A model generated the notes under the pieces. That model made no database searches. It saw only the letters and a list, made by a program, of their open reading frames with translations, and was not told the origin of the DNA. Positions 23,395-32,000 of a stretch of 32,000 nt of DNA are shown here, one piece after another. Every line of letters starts with the position of its first letter. Position 1 is the first letter of the stretch. Both the position numbers and the translations under genes were made by a program. The stretch comes from Xylanibacter ruminicola 23 (GTDB lineage Bacteria > Bacteroidota > Bacteroidia > Bacteroidales > Bacteroidaceae), in the NCBI RefSeq assembly GCF_000025925.1, contig NC_014033.1, positions 2,160,001-2,192,000 on the forward strand, given 5' to 3'.

Positions 23395-24328
23395 ATTTCA
23401 GAATAAAATAGCTGAGAGCCGTCGCACGTTGCCGATTACCATCCTGTATGGTGTCGGCATCTGGCTTTTGGCGGGGTTGGTACATCAGGGTTGGTGGTTC
23501 CAGTTCCTGTGTTTCTTTGCATCGGTATATGCCATGATTCACCTGAACAACATCAACATGCTGATACGTATCTACAGTCGCTCGGTTTCGGTATTTTATA
23601 TTCTGTTGGCTTGTTCGGCCACCTGGATGTTCGGATCCATCCTAGGTACGGTGCAGGTGCTCAGCATGGTAATAGGCTTGTTGCTGCTGTGCTCGTGCTA
23701 TCAGGACCAGAAAAGCGTGGGACGCACGTTCTACCTATATATGCTCATCAGCATTGTGAGTCTGTTGGAACCGCACTTCCTGTTGTATGTGCCCATCTTC
23801 CTGTTGCTGATGGCCACCACCATCTACTCGTTGAGCTGGCGAACCTTTTTCGCAGCACTCATCGGACTTGTTACACCCTACTGGCTCTATACCGGTTGGC
23901 GACTCTACATCTACAGATACCAGCCTGAGATGGCTTTCGACAATCTGAACCGCTTTACCGAGGTACAGTGGAGCACCGACTATAGCGCTGTAAACACTCA
24001 GCAGTGGGCGTATCTGGCTTTGTTGGTAGTGCTGTTTATCGTGGGTACCATCCACTTCTGGATGAACAGTTACAAGGATAAGATACGTGTGCGCCAGATA
24101 TACAACAGTATGATGATGCTCACCATCTACACCCTGCTACTGATGGCTGTGCAGCCTCAGCAGTACGACACGTTTATTGGTATGCTCACCATCGTGGTGT
24201 CGCCCATCGTGGCCCACTTCTTTACGCTTACCAATAGCCGACTGAGCAACCTGTTCTTTATCGTAACCATGGCCACAATCCTATTCCTAACAGGCATGAA
24301 CCTATGGATTTCATCATCAGCTTTCTAA
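23387..24328 (+). CDS. Polytopic inner-membrane protein of unknown function (about 10-11 TM segments); apparent GTG start
   Basis: The ORF consists almost entirely of hydrophobic helices (e.g. LPITILYGVGIWLLAGLV, VQVLSMVIGLLLLCSCY, WAYLALLVVLFIVGTIHFW). I recognise no catalytic motif. There is no in-frame ATG near the 5' end. Confidence 0.6.
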   Translation: MKRFQNKIAESRRTLPITILYGVGIWLLAGLVHQGWWFQFLCFFASVYAMIHLNNINMLIRIYSRSVSVFYILLACSATWMFGSILGTVQVLSMVIGLLLLCSCYQDQKSVGRTFYLYMLISIVSLLEPHFLLYVPIFLLLMATTIYSLSWRTFFAALIGLVTPYWLYTGWRLYIYRYQPEMAFDNLNRFTEVQWSTDYSAVNTQQWAYLALLVVLFIVGTIHFWMNSYKDKIRVRQIYNSMMMLTIYTLLLMAVQPQQYDTFIGMLTIVVSPIVAHFFTLTNSRLSNLFFIVTMATILFLTGMNLWISSSAF

Positions 24329-24756
24329 CCCAATACGGCTACTGGGGCATGCTGTTGGCTGCCTTCCTGGCTGGCAGTTTCTTTCCATTCTCGAGCGAGG
24401 CTGTGATGGTGGGACTGATGGCCACAGGACTTGACCCATGGAGCCTGATGATATACGGTACCATCGGCAACGTGCTGGGCAGCGTGTTCAACTACGGTGT
24501 GGGACGTATGGGTAAGATAGAATGGATAGAGAAATACCTGCATGTAAAGAAAGAAGACCTTGACAAAGCCCACCGCTTTCTGGCAGGTCATGGTGCATGG
24601 ATGGGGTTCTTTGCCTTTCTGCCTGTGTTAGGCAGTGCCATCACCATCGCTTTGGGACTGATGCGATCGAACGTGGTGATTACGTTCATAGCCATTACCC
24701 TAGGCAAATTATTCCGTTATGTGGTATTAATCTATGGTGCAGGATTGTTTATGTAA
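24304..24756 (+). CDS. YqaA-type small membrane protein (DedA/SNARE-associated superfamily)
   Basis: The 150-aa protein has the motif FLAGSFFPFSSEAVMVGL...GNVLGSVFNYGVGRMG, characteristic of YqaA/COG1238. It overlaps the preceding gene by 25 nt. Confidence 0.75.
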   Translation: MDFIISFLTQYGYWGMLLAAFLAGSFFPFSSEAVMVGLMATGLDPWSLMIYGTIGNVLGSVFNYGVGRMGKIEWIEKYLHVKKEDLDKAHRFLAGHGAWMGFFAFLPVLGSAITIALGLMRSNVVITFIAITLGKLFRYVVLIYGAGLFM

Positions 24757-24764
24757 GTTAATTC

Positions 24765-24799
24765 TCAATTATCAATTGTAAATTATCAATTATATTTAT
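24765..24799. repeat. Tandem heptamers TCAATTA TCAATTG TAAATTA TCAATTA TATTTAT abutting the -7 box of the next promoter
   Basis: Read directly. The array ends one base before TACCTTTG at 24800. Confidence 0.85.
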
Positions 24800-24807
24800 T
24801 ACCTTTG
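24800..24807 (+). promoter_or_regulatory. -7 promoter box (TACCTTTG) for the DUF2723-like gene, and probably the CE4 and GH3 genes
   Basis: TACCTTTGCAC lies 47 nt upstream of the ATG at 24855. Confidence 0.65.
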
Positions 24808-24854
24808 CACCACCAAACGCGAATTTTAACGTTAAAGTAAAAAAATAATTTGTA

Positions 24855-27800
24855 ATGAAACAATTTAGATTAGTAGACAACACGTTGGGCTGGCTGACAT
24901 TCCTGATTGCGGCCTTTGTCTATTGTTCTACCATCGAGCCGACAGCCTCGTTCTGGGACTGTCCCGAATTTATTACCACTGGTTATAAACTGGAGATTGG
25001 TCACCCACCTGGGGCACCTTTCTTTATGTTGACAGCAAACCTGTTCTCGCATTTTGCCAGCGATGCCACCCAGGTGGCCCGTATGGTAAATACCATGAGC
25101 GCCCTGCTGTCGGCTACGTGTATCCTGTTCCTGTTCTGGACCATCACACACCTGACACGCCGACTGCTGATTAGCAACTGGAGCGAGCTCAGTATGCCCA
25201 AACTGATTGCCATCGAGGCATCAGGCATGGTAGGTGCCTTGATCTACACCTTCAGCGATACCTTCTGGTTCTCGGCTGTTGAGGGTGAGGTTTATGCCTA
25301 CTCATCGGCCTTTACCGCTGTGGTATTCTGGCTCATACTGAAATGGGAGGATCAGGCCGACGAGCCTCATAGTGATCGCTGGCTGATTCTGATTATGTAT
25401 ATGACAGGTCTCTCGATTGGTGTACACCTGCTGAACCTGCTGTGTGTGCCTGCCATTGTGCTGGTATATTACTACCGTCGTTTCCCCGATGCCAACCTGA
25501 AGGGTTCGCTCATCGCACTGGCAGTATCAGTAGTGATCCTGGCTGCTGTGCTATATGGCGTAGTACCTGGTATCATCACTGTGGGTGGCTGGTTTGAGCT
25601 GTTCTTTGTGAACACCCTGGGCATGCCATTCAATACGGGTGAGATTATCTACCTGATTCTGTTGGTATCGTGCGTCATATGGGCAGTTTACGAGACCCAG
25701 ACACAGAAGCACTCGCTGACTATCCAGAACCTGGCATTCCTGCTGTCGGTAGGTATGTTGGGTATCCCCTTCTACGGTTGGGGCTGGTCGGCCTTCCTGA
25801 TTGGCGTGGTAGTACTGGCAGTACTGTGGTTCCTGTTGAAATACACCCGCGAGAAAGAGTTGCTCATCACAGCCCGCATGAAGAACACCATGCTGCTGTG
25901 TATGCTGATGCTGATGATTGGTTACTCGAGCTACGCGCTGATTGTCATCCGTTCGTCGGCTAACCCACCTATGGACCAGAACTCACCTGAGGACATCTTT
26001 ACGCTGGGTGATTACCTGGGACGTGAGCAGTACGGACAGCGTCCGTTGTTCTACGGACCCGCCTACACCTCACAGGTAGCTCTGGAACAGGACGGCAACT
26101 ACTGCAAGCCTGTGATGAGTAAGGGTAAGCCCGTATATCAGCGTAAGGAAAAGGCTACTGCTGATGAGAAGGACTCGTACTTTGTAGTACGCACCAAGGA
26201 TGAATACAAGTATGCACAGAATATGCTGTTCCCACGTATGTACGATGCCGGTCATGCTGCCGCTTACGAATCGTGGATGGGTGGTGTTGATGGCTCGCAG
26301 GTGCCTTACGACCGCTGTGGCGAACAGATGATGGTGAAGGTGCCCTCACAGTTGGAGAACCTACGTTTCTTCCTGAGCTATCAGTGTAACTTTATGTACT
26401 GGCGCTACTTTATGTGGAACTTTGCCGGACGACAGAATGATATCCAGGGCAACGGTGAGCTGGAGCATGGTAACTGGATTACCGGTTTCTCGTTTATCGA
26501 TGATGCACGCCTGGGCGACCAGAGCATGCTGCCTACAGAGCTGAAGGAGAACAAGGGACATAACGTATTCTACTGCATGCCACTGATACTTGGTTTGCTG
26601 GGCTTGTTCTGGCAGGCTTGGTACACCCGCAAGCGTAAGACCGTGGTGAACGGCGTAGAGAAGACCGTTGAAGAGCCTATCGGCATTCAGCAGTTCTGGG
26701 TGGTATTCTTCCTGTTCTTTATGACAGGACTGGCCATCGTAATCTATCTTAACCAGACACCTATGCAGCCACGTGAGCGCGACTATGCCTACGCTGGTTC
26801 GTTCTATGCCTTTGCCATCTGGTGTGGTATGGGTGTAGCTGCCATCATCGACTGGCTGAACCGCAAGCTGAAGAAGGAGAACCTGGTAGTGGCCGCTGTG
26901 ATTGGCGTTGCTTGTCTGCTGGTGCCCATCCAGATGGCCAGTCAGACTTGGGACGATCACGATCGCTCGGGTCGTTACTGCTGTCGCGACTTCGGTCAGA
27001 ACTACCTCATGACCTTGCAGGAAGAGGGTAACCCCATTATCTTTACCAATGGTGATAACGACACCTTCCCATTGTGGTACAACCAGGATACTGAGGGATT
27101 CCGTACCGACGCACGTGTATGTAACCTGTCGTATCTGCAGACCGACTGGTATATCGACCAGATGCGTCGTCAGGCTTATGACTCACCTTCAGTGCCCATC
27201 ACCTGGAGCCGACTGGAGTACTGTGCCGGTACCAACGAGTACGTGCAGGTTGACCCATCGCTGAAGGCTGAAGTAGAGAAACTGTATCGTGAGAACCCAG
27301 AGGAGGCTAAACAGAACTTTGGTGAGAAGCCATTCGAGCTGAAGAATATCCTGGAACGTTGGGTTCGTTCGAAGAATAAGGATCTGCATGTGATTCCTAC
27401 AGATACCGTATATGTAACCATCGACAAGGAGGCTGTTCGCAAGAGTGGCATGATGATGGCTGCTGATACCATCCCCGATCAGATGGTGATCTCGCTGAAG
27501 GGTAAGAACGCCCTGTACAAGCAGGACCTGATGATGCTGGAGATGATTGCCCAGTGCAACTGGACACGTCCTATCTATGTAGCTACTACCGTAGGTTCGG
27601 AGAACTACATGAACCTGGGCGACAACTTTGTTCAGGAGGGCTTGGCTAACCGTATCACCCCATTCACCACCAACGCCCCTGGTGCCAAGAACTTTGATAC
27701 TGAGAAGACGTATAACAACGTGATGAACAAGTTCAAGTTCGGTGGTGTGGACAAGGCTGGTATCTATCTTGATGAGACTGTGATGCGCATGTGCTATACC

Positions 27801-28220
27801 CACCGCCGACTGCTGTCGCTGTTGGCCATGAACCTGGTTCAGGAGGGTAAGGACAAGCAGGCTAAGGCTGTATTGGCCAAGGCAGAGAAGGCCCTGCCAA
27901 GCTACAATATCCCACACGACTACCAGAGTGGTTCGCTGGATCTGGCCAAGGCATACGCCCTGACTGGACAGCCTAAGAAGGCCCAGCAGATTATCGATAA
28001 CCTGTGGAAGAAATCGACTGAGTACATGCTGTGGTACTGCTCGCTGAGCACTGACCGCTTCGCCATGTCGCAGCAGGAGTGCATGGTTCACATGTATATC
28101 CTGAACCAGATTCTGAATCTGGAGTCGGTTGTTGACGAGAAGCAGGCCAAGGAGAAGGAAGCACAGTTTAAAGCCATCGGCAATCTCTACGAGACCAAAG
28201 GTGGCACATACGGAGAGTAA
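24855..28220 (+). CDS. Large DUF2723-like (TMEM260-like) GT-C fold membrane glycosyltransferase candidate with a C-terminal soluble helical domain
   Basis: N-terminal motif ASFWDCPEFITTGYKLEIGHPPGAPFFML, about 10 or more TM segments in the first 700 aa, then a soluble helical (TPR-like) C-terminus. The family name is from memory. Confidence 0.8.
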   Translation: MKQFRLVDNTLGWLTFLIAAFVYCSTIEPTASFWDCPEFITTGYKLEIGHPPGAPFFMLTANLFSHFASDATQVARMVNTMSALLSATCILFLFWTITHLTRRLLISNWSELSMPKLIAIEASGMVGALIYTFSDTFWFSAVEGEVYAYSSAFTAVVFWLILKWEDQADEPHSDRWLILIMYMTGLSIGVHLLNLLCVPAIVLVYYYRRFPDANLKGSLIALAVSVVILAAVLYGVVPGIITVGGWFELFFVNTLGMPFNTGEIIYLILLVSCVIWAVYETQTQKHSLTIQNLAFLLSVGMLGIPFYGWGWSAFLIGVVVLAVLWFLLKYTREKELLITARMKNTMLLCMLMLMIGYSSYALIVIRSSANPPMDQNSPEDIFTLGDYLGREQYGQRPLFYGPAYTSQVALEQDGNYCKPVMSKGKPVYQRKEKATADEKDSYFVVRTKDEYKYAQNMLFPRMYDAGHAAAYESWMGGVDGSQVPYDRCGEQMMVKVPSQLENLRFFLSYQCNFMYWRYFMWNFAGRQNDIQGNGELEHGNWITGFSFIDDARLGDQSMLPTELKENKGHNVFYCMPLILGLLGLFWQAWYTRKRKTVVNGVEKTVEEPIGIQQFWVVFFLFFMTGLAIVIYLNQTPMQPRERDYAYAGSFYAFAIWCGMGVAAIIDWLNRKLKKENLVVAAVIGVACLLVPIQMASQTWDDHDRSGRYCCRDFGQNYLMTLQEEGNPIIFTNGDNDTFPLWYNQDTEGFRTDARVCNLSYLQTDWYIDQMRRQAYDSPSVPITWSRLEYCAGTNEYVQVDPSLKAEVEKLYRENPEEAKQNFGEKPFELKNILERWVRSKNKDLHVIPTDTVYVTIDKEAVRKSGMMMAADTIPDQMVISLKGKNALYKQDLMMLEMIAQCNWTRPIYVATTVGSENYMNLGDNFVQEGLANRITPFTTNAPGAKNFDTEKTYNNVMNKFKFGGVDKAGIYLDETVMRMCYTHRRLLSLLAMNLVQEGKDKQAKAVLAKAEKALPSYNIPHDYQSGSLDLAKAYALTGQPKKAQQIIDNLWKKSTEYMLWYCSLSTDRFAMSQQECMVHMYILNQILNLESVVDEKQAKEKEAQFKAIGNLYETKGGTYGE

Positions 28221-28223
28221 ATC

Positions 28224-28835
28224 ATGTTTATAGAGCAACCCGCTATCTATCTGCGCTGGCTCTATCCAAGAGCATACTGGCGAATGGACCGTCGCGTGAA
28301 GGCAGTGTATCTGACCTTCGACGACGGTCCTATCCCAGAGGCTACCCCATTTATTCTCGATACCCTGAAAGAGTTTGGTGTGCGTGCCACCTTCTTCATG
28401 GTGGGCGACAACGTACGCAAATACCCGGAACTATACAAACGTATTCTGGCTGAGGGCCATCAGGTGGGCAACCATACCCACAACCACATAGGTGGTTTGC
28501 GCCATACCGTGAAGGAATACAGCTACAACGTGGAGAAGGCCAACGCCTATATACACAGTCACTATGTGCGTCCACCACACGGTTGGATGCGTATGGCACA
28601 GTATGCCTGGCTAAGCAGGAAGTACAAGATTGTGATGTGGGACCTGGTGACCCGCGACTACTCGAAATGGATGACCGCCGAAGATGTGGTGCATAATATA
28701 AAGAGGTACGCGCGTAACGGCTCTATCATCACCTTCCACGACTCGCTGAAGAGTATCAACAAACTGAAGACAGCCCTACCAGAGTCGCTACAATGGCTGA
28801 AGGATCAGGGCTATGAGTTCCGTATCTTCCCATGA
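28224..28835 (+). CDS. Polysaccharide deacetylase (carbohydrate esterase family 4, NodB homology domain)
   Basis: NodB motif 1 YLTFDDGP, motif 2 HTHNH, then RPPHG. The start is 3 nt after the stop of the DUF2723-like gene. Confidence 0.88.
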   Translation: MFIEQPAIYLRWLYPRAYWRMDRRVKAVYLTFDDGPIPEATPFILDTLKEFGVRATFFMVGDNVRKYPELYKRILAEGHQVGNHTHNHIGGLRHTVKEYSYNVEKANAYIHSHYVRPPHGWMRMAQYAWLSRKYKIVMWDLVTRDYSKWMTAEDVVHNIKRYARNGSIITFHDSLKSINKLKTALPESLQWLKDQGYEFRIFP

Positions 28836-28873
28836 AATAGAACGCAAATACACAACTAAATGGCATCAACAAT

Positions 28874-31222
28874 ATGAAGAGATTACTAACAACTTGCTTA
28901 TTAGCAACAACATTCACAATGACAACAAATGCTCAAGTACAGCTCCGCGCCGATAATATCGACGAGGTAATCAAGGCTATGACCCTTGAAGAGAAAGCCA
29001 AACTACTGGTTGGCGGTGCTAACAACTTTTTCAGTGACAATGCCGTCGTAGGTGGCGAGGCCGACCTGGTGGCTGGTGCTGCAGGTACATCGCCTGCCAT
29101 CCCACGTCTGGGCATTCCTGCCACAGTGCTGACCGATGGTCCTGCCGGCGTGCGTATCGACCCGACACGTAAGGGAAGCGACAAGACCTATTATGCCACA
29201 GCCTTCCCTATCGGCTCGTGCCTGGCTTCGACCTGGAACACCGACTTGGTGAACAAGGTGGGACAGGCTATTGGTAATGAGACCAAGGAGTATCGCTGCG
29301 ACGTGATTCTGGGTCCTGGTATGAACCTGCATCGCAATCCCCTGTGCGGACGTAACTTTGAGTACTACTCGGAGGACCCTCTGCTGACAGGTAAGATTGC
29401 AGCAGCCTACATACAGGGTGTGCAGAGCCAAGGTGCCGGTGTGAGTGCCAAGCACTTTGCCATCAACTCACAGGAGACCGACCGTACCGCTGTAGATGAG
29501 CGCGTGAGTCAGCGTGCTGCCCGCGAGCTGTATCTGCGTGGTTTCGAGATAGCCGTACGCGAGAGTAACCCTTGGACCGTGATGTCGTCGTACAACCAGA
29601 TTAACGGTCAGTACTCGATGGGTAACCGCGACCTGCTGACCAAGATCCTGCGCGAGGACTGGGGCTTTAAGGGTATCGTGATGACCGACTGGATTGGTAT
29701 TCGCGAAGGTCTGCCTACCATCACTGAGGTACAGGCCGGTAACGACCTGATGGAGCCAGGACAGCCTGCACAGGTGAACGAGATTATCGAGGGTGTAAAG
29801 AGCGGTAAGCTCGACATCGCCGATGTGGATCGTAACGTGCGTCGCATGCTGGAGTATATCGTGAAGACCCCAAGCTTCAAGAAGTATCCTGCCTCTAACA
29901 ATCCCGACTTTGTGGCGCATGCCGCCATCACCCGTCAGAGTGCCAACGAGGGTATCGTACTGCTGAAGAACAACGGTACACTGCCTTGGAAGAACGGCAA
30001 CATTAAGACCGTGGCCCTGTTTGGTGAGAACTCATACGACTTCCTGAGCGGTGGTACCGGTTCGGGTTGTGTTCACCCACCTTATGTGGTTGACATGCTG
30101 GAGGGTTTGAAGAATGCCGGCATCAAATCGAGCGAGACTCTCACTGACATCTATCGCAAGTATATCGAGTTTGCAAGAGTAAAATTCCAGGCTGAGCGTC
30201 ATCCTGCCAAGTGGTACCAGAACGAGTACTTCGGACAGCAGAAATATCCTGAGATCGGTCTGGATCCTATCTGTGTAAATAAGGAGGTGAATGGTGCCGA
30301 TGCAGCTATCATCACCATCGGTCGTCAGGCTGGTGAGGGTGTGGATCGCGACATCAACACCGAGTTCAACCTGAACGCTGAGGAGCGTGCCCTGATTACA
30401 AATGTGTGCAACGCTTTCCACGCTGCAGGCAAACCTGTGATTGTAATCATCAACTCGGGTAGTGTGATTGAGACTGCCTCATGGAGTGGTTATCCCGATG
30501 CCATCCTGTGCGCTTGGCAGCCTGGTATGGAGGGTGGTAACTCGATTGCCGACCTGCTGACTGGTAAGGTGAATCCTTCGGGTAAGCTGACCATGACATG
30601 GCCTATTGCTGCAACTGATCATGCATCGACCAAGAACTTCCCTGGACAGATTGACGACTACTCGCTGCAGCAGATGATTGGTAACAAGACCCCAATCCCT
30701 GGACATGCCTACACCAACCATGAGGAGGATATCTACGTAGGTTATCGCTATTTCGACACCTTTGGTCGCGATGTGGCTTACCCATTCGGATTCGGACTGA
30801 GCTACACCACCTTCGCCTTCTCAAAGCCTGTAGTAAAGGCCAAGGGTAAGGATGCTGTTGAGGTGAGCATCACCGTTAAGAACACCGGTAGCGTTAGTGG
30901 TAAGGAGGTGGCTCAGGTATATGTGAAGGCTCCTAAGGGCAACCTGGAGAAGCCTGCACAGGAGCTGAAGGCCTTTGCCAAGAGTCGTGAGTTAAAGCCT
31001 GGCGAGAGCGAGGTGCTGACCATGACCATCCCTGTACGCATGCTGGCCAGCTTTGACGAGGCTAACAGTCAGTGGTTGACCGAGGCTGGTACCTATACCT
31101 TCTGTATAGGAAATAGCAGCCGCAACATTGCTGCGACTGCTACACTTAAGTTAGGTGAATATACCGAAAAGACTACGAATGCACTGGCACCTCAGCACAA
31201 ACTGAATCTGCTGAAGCAGTAA
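28874..31222 (+). CDS. Secreted glycoside hydrolase family 3 beta-glucosidase (BglX-like)
   Basis: Signal peptide MKRLLTTCLLATTFTMTTNA. GH3 motifs: GPGMNLHRNPLCGRNFEYYSEDP, KHFAINSQE, GIVMTDW (nucleophile Asp). C-terminal Fn3-like domain: GKEVAQVYV. Confidence 0.92.
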   Translation: MKRLLTTCLLATTFTMTTNAQVQLRADNIDEVIKAMTLEEKAKLLVGGANNFFSDNAVVGGEADLVAGAAGTSPAIPRLGIPATVLTDGPAGVRIDPTRKGSDKTYYATAFPIGSCLASTWNTDLVNKVGQAIGNETKEYRCDVILGPGMNLHRNPLCGRNFEYYSEDPLLTGKIAAAYIQGVQSQGAGVSAKHFAINSQETDRTAVDERVSQRAARELYLRGFEIAVRESNPWTVMSSYNQINGQYSMGNRDLLTKILREDWGFKGIVMTDWIGIREGLPTITEVQAGNDLMEPGQPAQVNEIIEGVKSGKLDIADVDRNVRRMLEYIVKTPSFKKYPASNNPDFVAHAAITRQSANEGIVLLKNNGTLPWKNGNIKTVALFGENSYDFLSGGTGSGCVHPPYVVDMLEGLKNAGIKSSETLTDIYRKYIEFARVKFQAERHPAKWYQNEYFGQQKYPEIGLDPICVNKEVNGADAAIITIGRQAGEGVDRDINTEFNLNAEERALITNVCNAFHAAGKPVIVIINSGSVIETASWSGYPDAILCAWQPGMEGGNSIADLLTGKVNPSGKLTMTWPIAATDHASTKNFPGQIDDYSLQQMIGNKTPIPGHAYTNHEEDIYVGYRYFDTFGRDVAYPFGFGLSYTTFAFSKPVVKAKGKDAVEVSITVKNTGSVSGKEVAQVYVKAPKGNLEKPAQELKAFAKSRELKPGESEVLTMTIPVRMLASFDEANSQWLTEAGTYTFCIGNSSRNIAATATLKLGEYTEKTTNALAPQHKLNLLKQ

Positions 31223-31237
31223 GCACGTCGCATCTTT

Positions 31238-32000
31238 TTAGAATGATATTGTTAAGGAGCCGCCAATTACGAAAGTATGGCGGTTCTTTTTTATATGTGT
31301 GGTCACAGGCGACATCTCCGATATCATGTCAGCAGCATATGCCGGATCTATCTCCTGCATCATCTCCGCAAAGTCGAAATATGTCGGGAGAGCCGAATGC
31401 ATGAACTGTGTGGGATTATACTCCAACGTATAGGTCTTACGGGCCATATCATAATCTACAAACAGGCGCCAGGCATAATTCTCCTTGTAGGCATAGGTCA
31501 GCGAGATACCTGTTCCCCACTTAAAGGTGTTGTTGGCATTCAGCGTAAAGTAATCCCATTTGGTATCGTAGGTCTCATCTGTCTCGTAGAAAAAATTGGG
31601 ATCATCATCCAAGATGGCCATGGGGTTGACATCCACCACCTTACCCTGGTAATGGGCAGAGAGATTCAGCTCCTGCATGATACTACGACCGGCCAGCAAC
31701 TTGGCGCCCATAGCAAAACGCTTAGAGAGTGGCAGATTGAAATACACACCAAGGTCGGCAGCGAACTCTGTCAGGTGGTCGCTCTCAATCGTAAACTGAG
31801 GCTGTTTATCAGCTGTTCTGAAGACGATATTATTCAGTGGTCTCAGGTCCATGTCGGCATCAAGATCCTTAAACATCTCCTTCACATCCTGGTCGGCATA
31901 GTTCAACACGCGGTCCCAGCCATTGATAGGTGTGCTATTCACACGCAGACGACCACCCACACCAACATACTTATTGAAGAAATAGGCACCCTCGGCAGAT
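31238..32000 (-). CDS. Outer-membrane beta-barrel protein; 5' end outside the window
   Basis: The ORF track lists 31238..31960 from a GTG, but the frame stays open to the window edge (…SAEGAYFFNKYVGV…). It shows alternating amphipathic beta-strand patterns and a C-terminal IGGSLTISF ending in Phe. Confidence 0.65.
   Translation of the reverse strand, partial: SAEGAYFFNKYVGVGGRLRVNSTPINGWDRVLNYADQDVKEMFKDLDADMDLRPLNNIVFRTADKQPQFTIESDHLTEFAADLGVYFNLPLSKRFAMGAKLLAGRSIMQELNLSAHYQGKVVDVNPMAILDDDPNFFYETDETYDTKWDYFTLNANNTFKWGTGISLTYAYKENYAWRLFVDYDMARKTYTLEYNPTQFMHSALPTYFDFAEMMQEIDPAYAADMISEMSPVTTHIKKNRHTFVIGGSLTISF
31257..31292 (+). terminator. Probable intrinsic terminator of the GH3 gene, embedded in the 3' end of the convergent gene
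   Basis: GAGCCGCCA (31257-31265) pairs with TGGCGGTTC (31278-31286) with one G-U pair and a 12-nt loop, followed by T6 (31287-31292). Confidence 0.5.

Overview
This looks like an ordinary chromosomal segment of a Bacteroidota genome. Gene content, TAnnTTTG -7 promoter boxes, missing Shine-Dalgarno sites and AT-rich gene junctions suggest Prevotellaceae, but the taxon is inference. I support 21 protein-coding genes and found no rRNA, tRNA, CRISPR array, transposase, integrase or phage genes. In order: a 5'-partial sensor kinase; rpoD; a minus-strand unit of LacI regulator, beta-propeller/Y_Y_Y sensor and GH31/PA14 glycosidase; and a five-gene minus-strand operon (nucleotidyltransferase, ATP-grasp, CDP-alcohol phosphotransferase, HAD hydrolase, DUF5686-like outer-membrane protein). 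These are followed by a DUF2807-like lipoprotein, a PAS histidine kinase, a THUMP RNA methyltransferase with a basic tail, an S9B peptidase and purD. Next comes an envelope block (polytopic membrane protein, YqaA/DedA-like, DUF2723-like GT-C protein, CE4 deacetylase), then a GH3 beta-glucosidase and a partial outer-membrane beta-barrel gene. The most interesting items are: (1) the Kennedy-type CDP-head-group operon with an unknown head group; (2) a dispersed set of 7-8 bp tandem AT-rich micro-repeats that fill most gene junctions, with near-identical in-frame copies inside two CDSs; (3) a sensor lacking H-box, receiver and HTH, apparently co-transcribed with a LacI regulator and GH31; (4) a promoter-plus-terminator-bracketed candidate small RNA; (5) the GT-C/DedA-like/CE4 block. 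All family assignments come from motifs read by eye, and no database search or folding computation was run.
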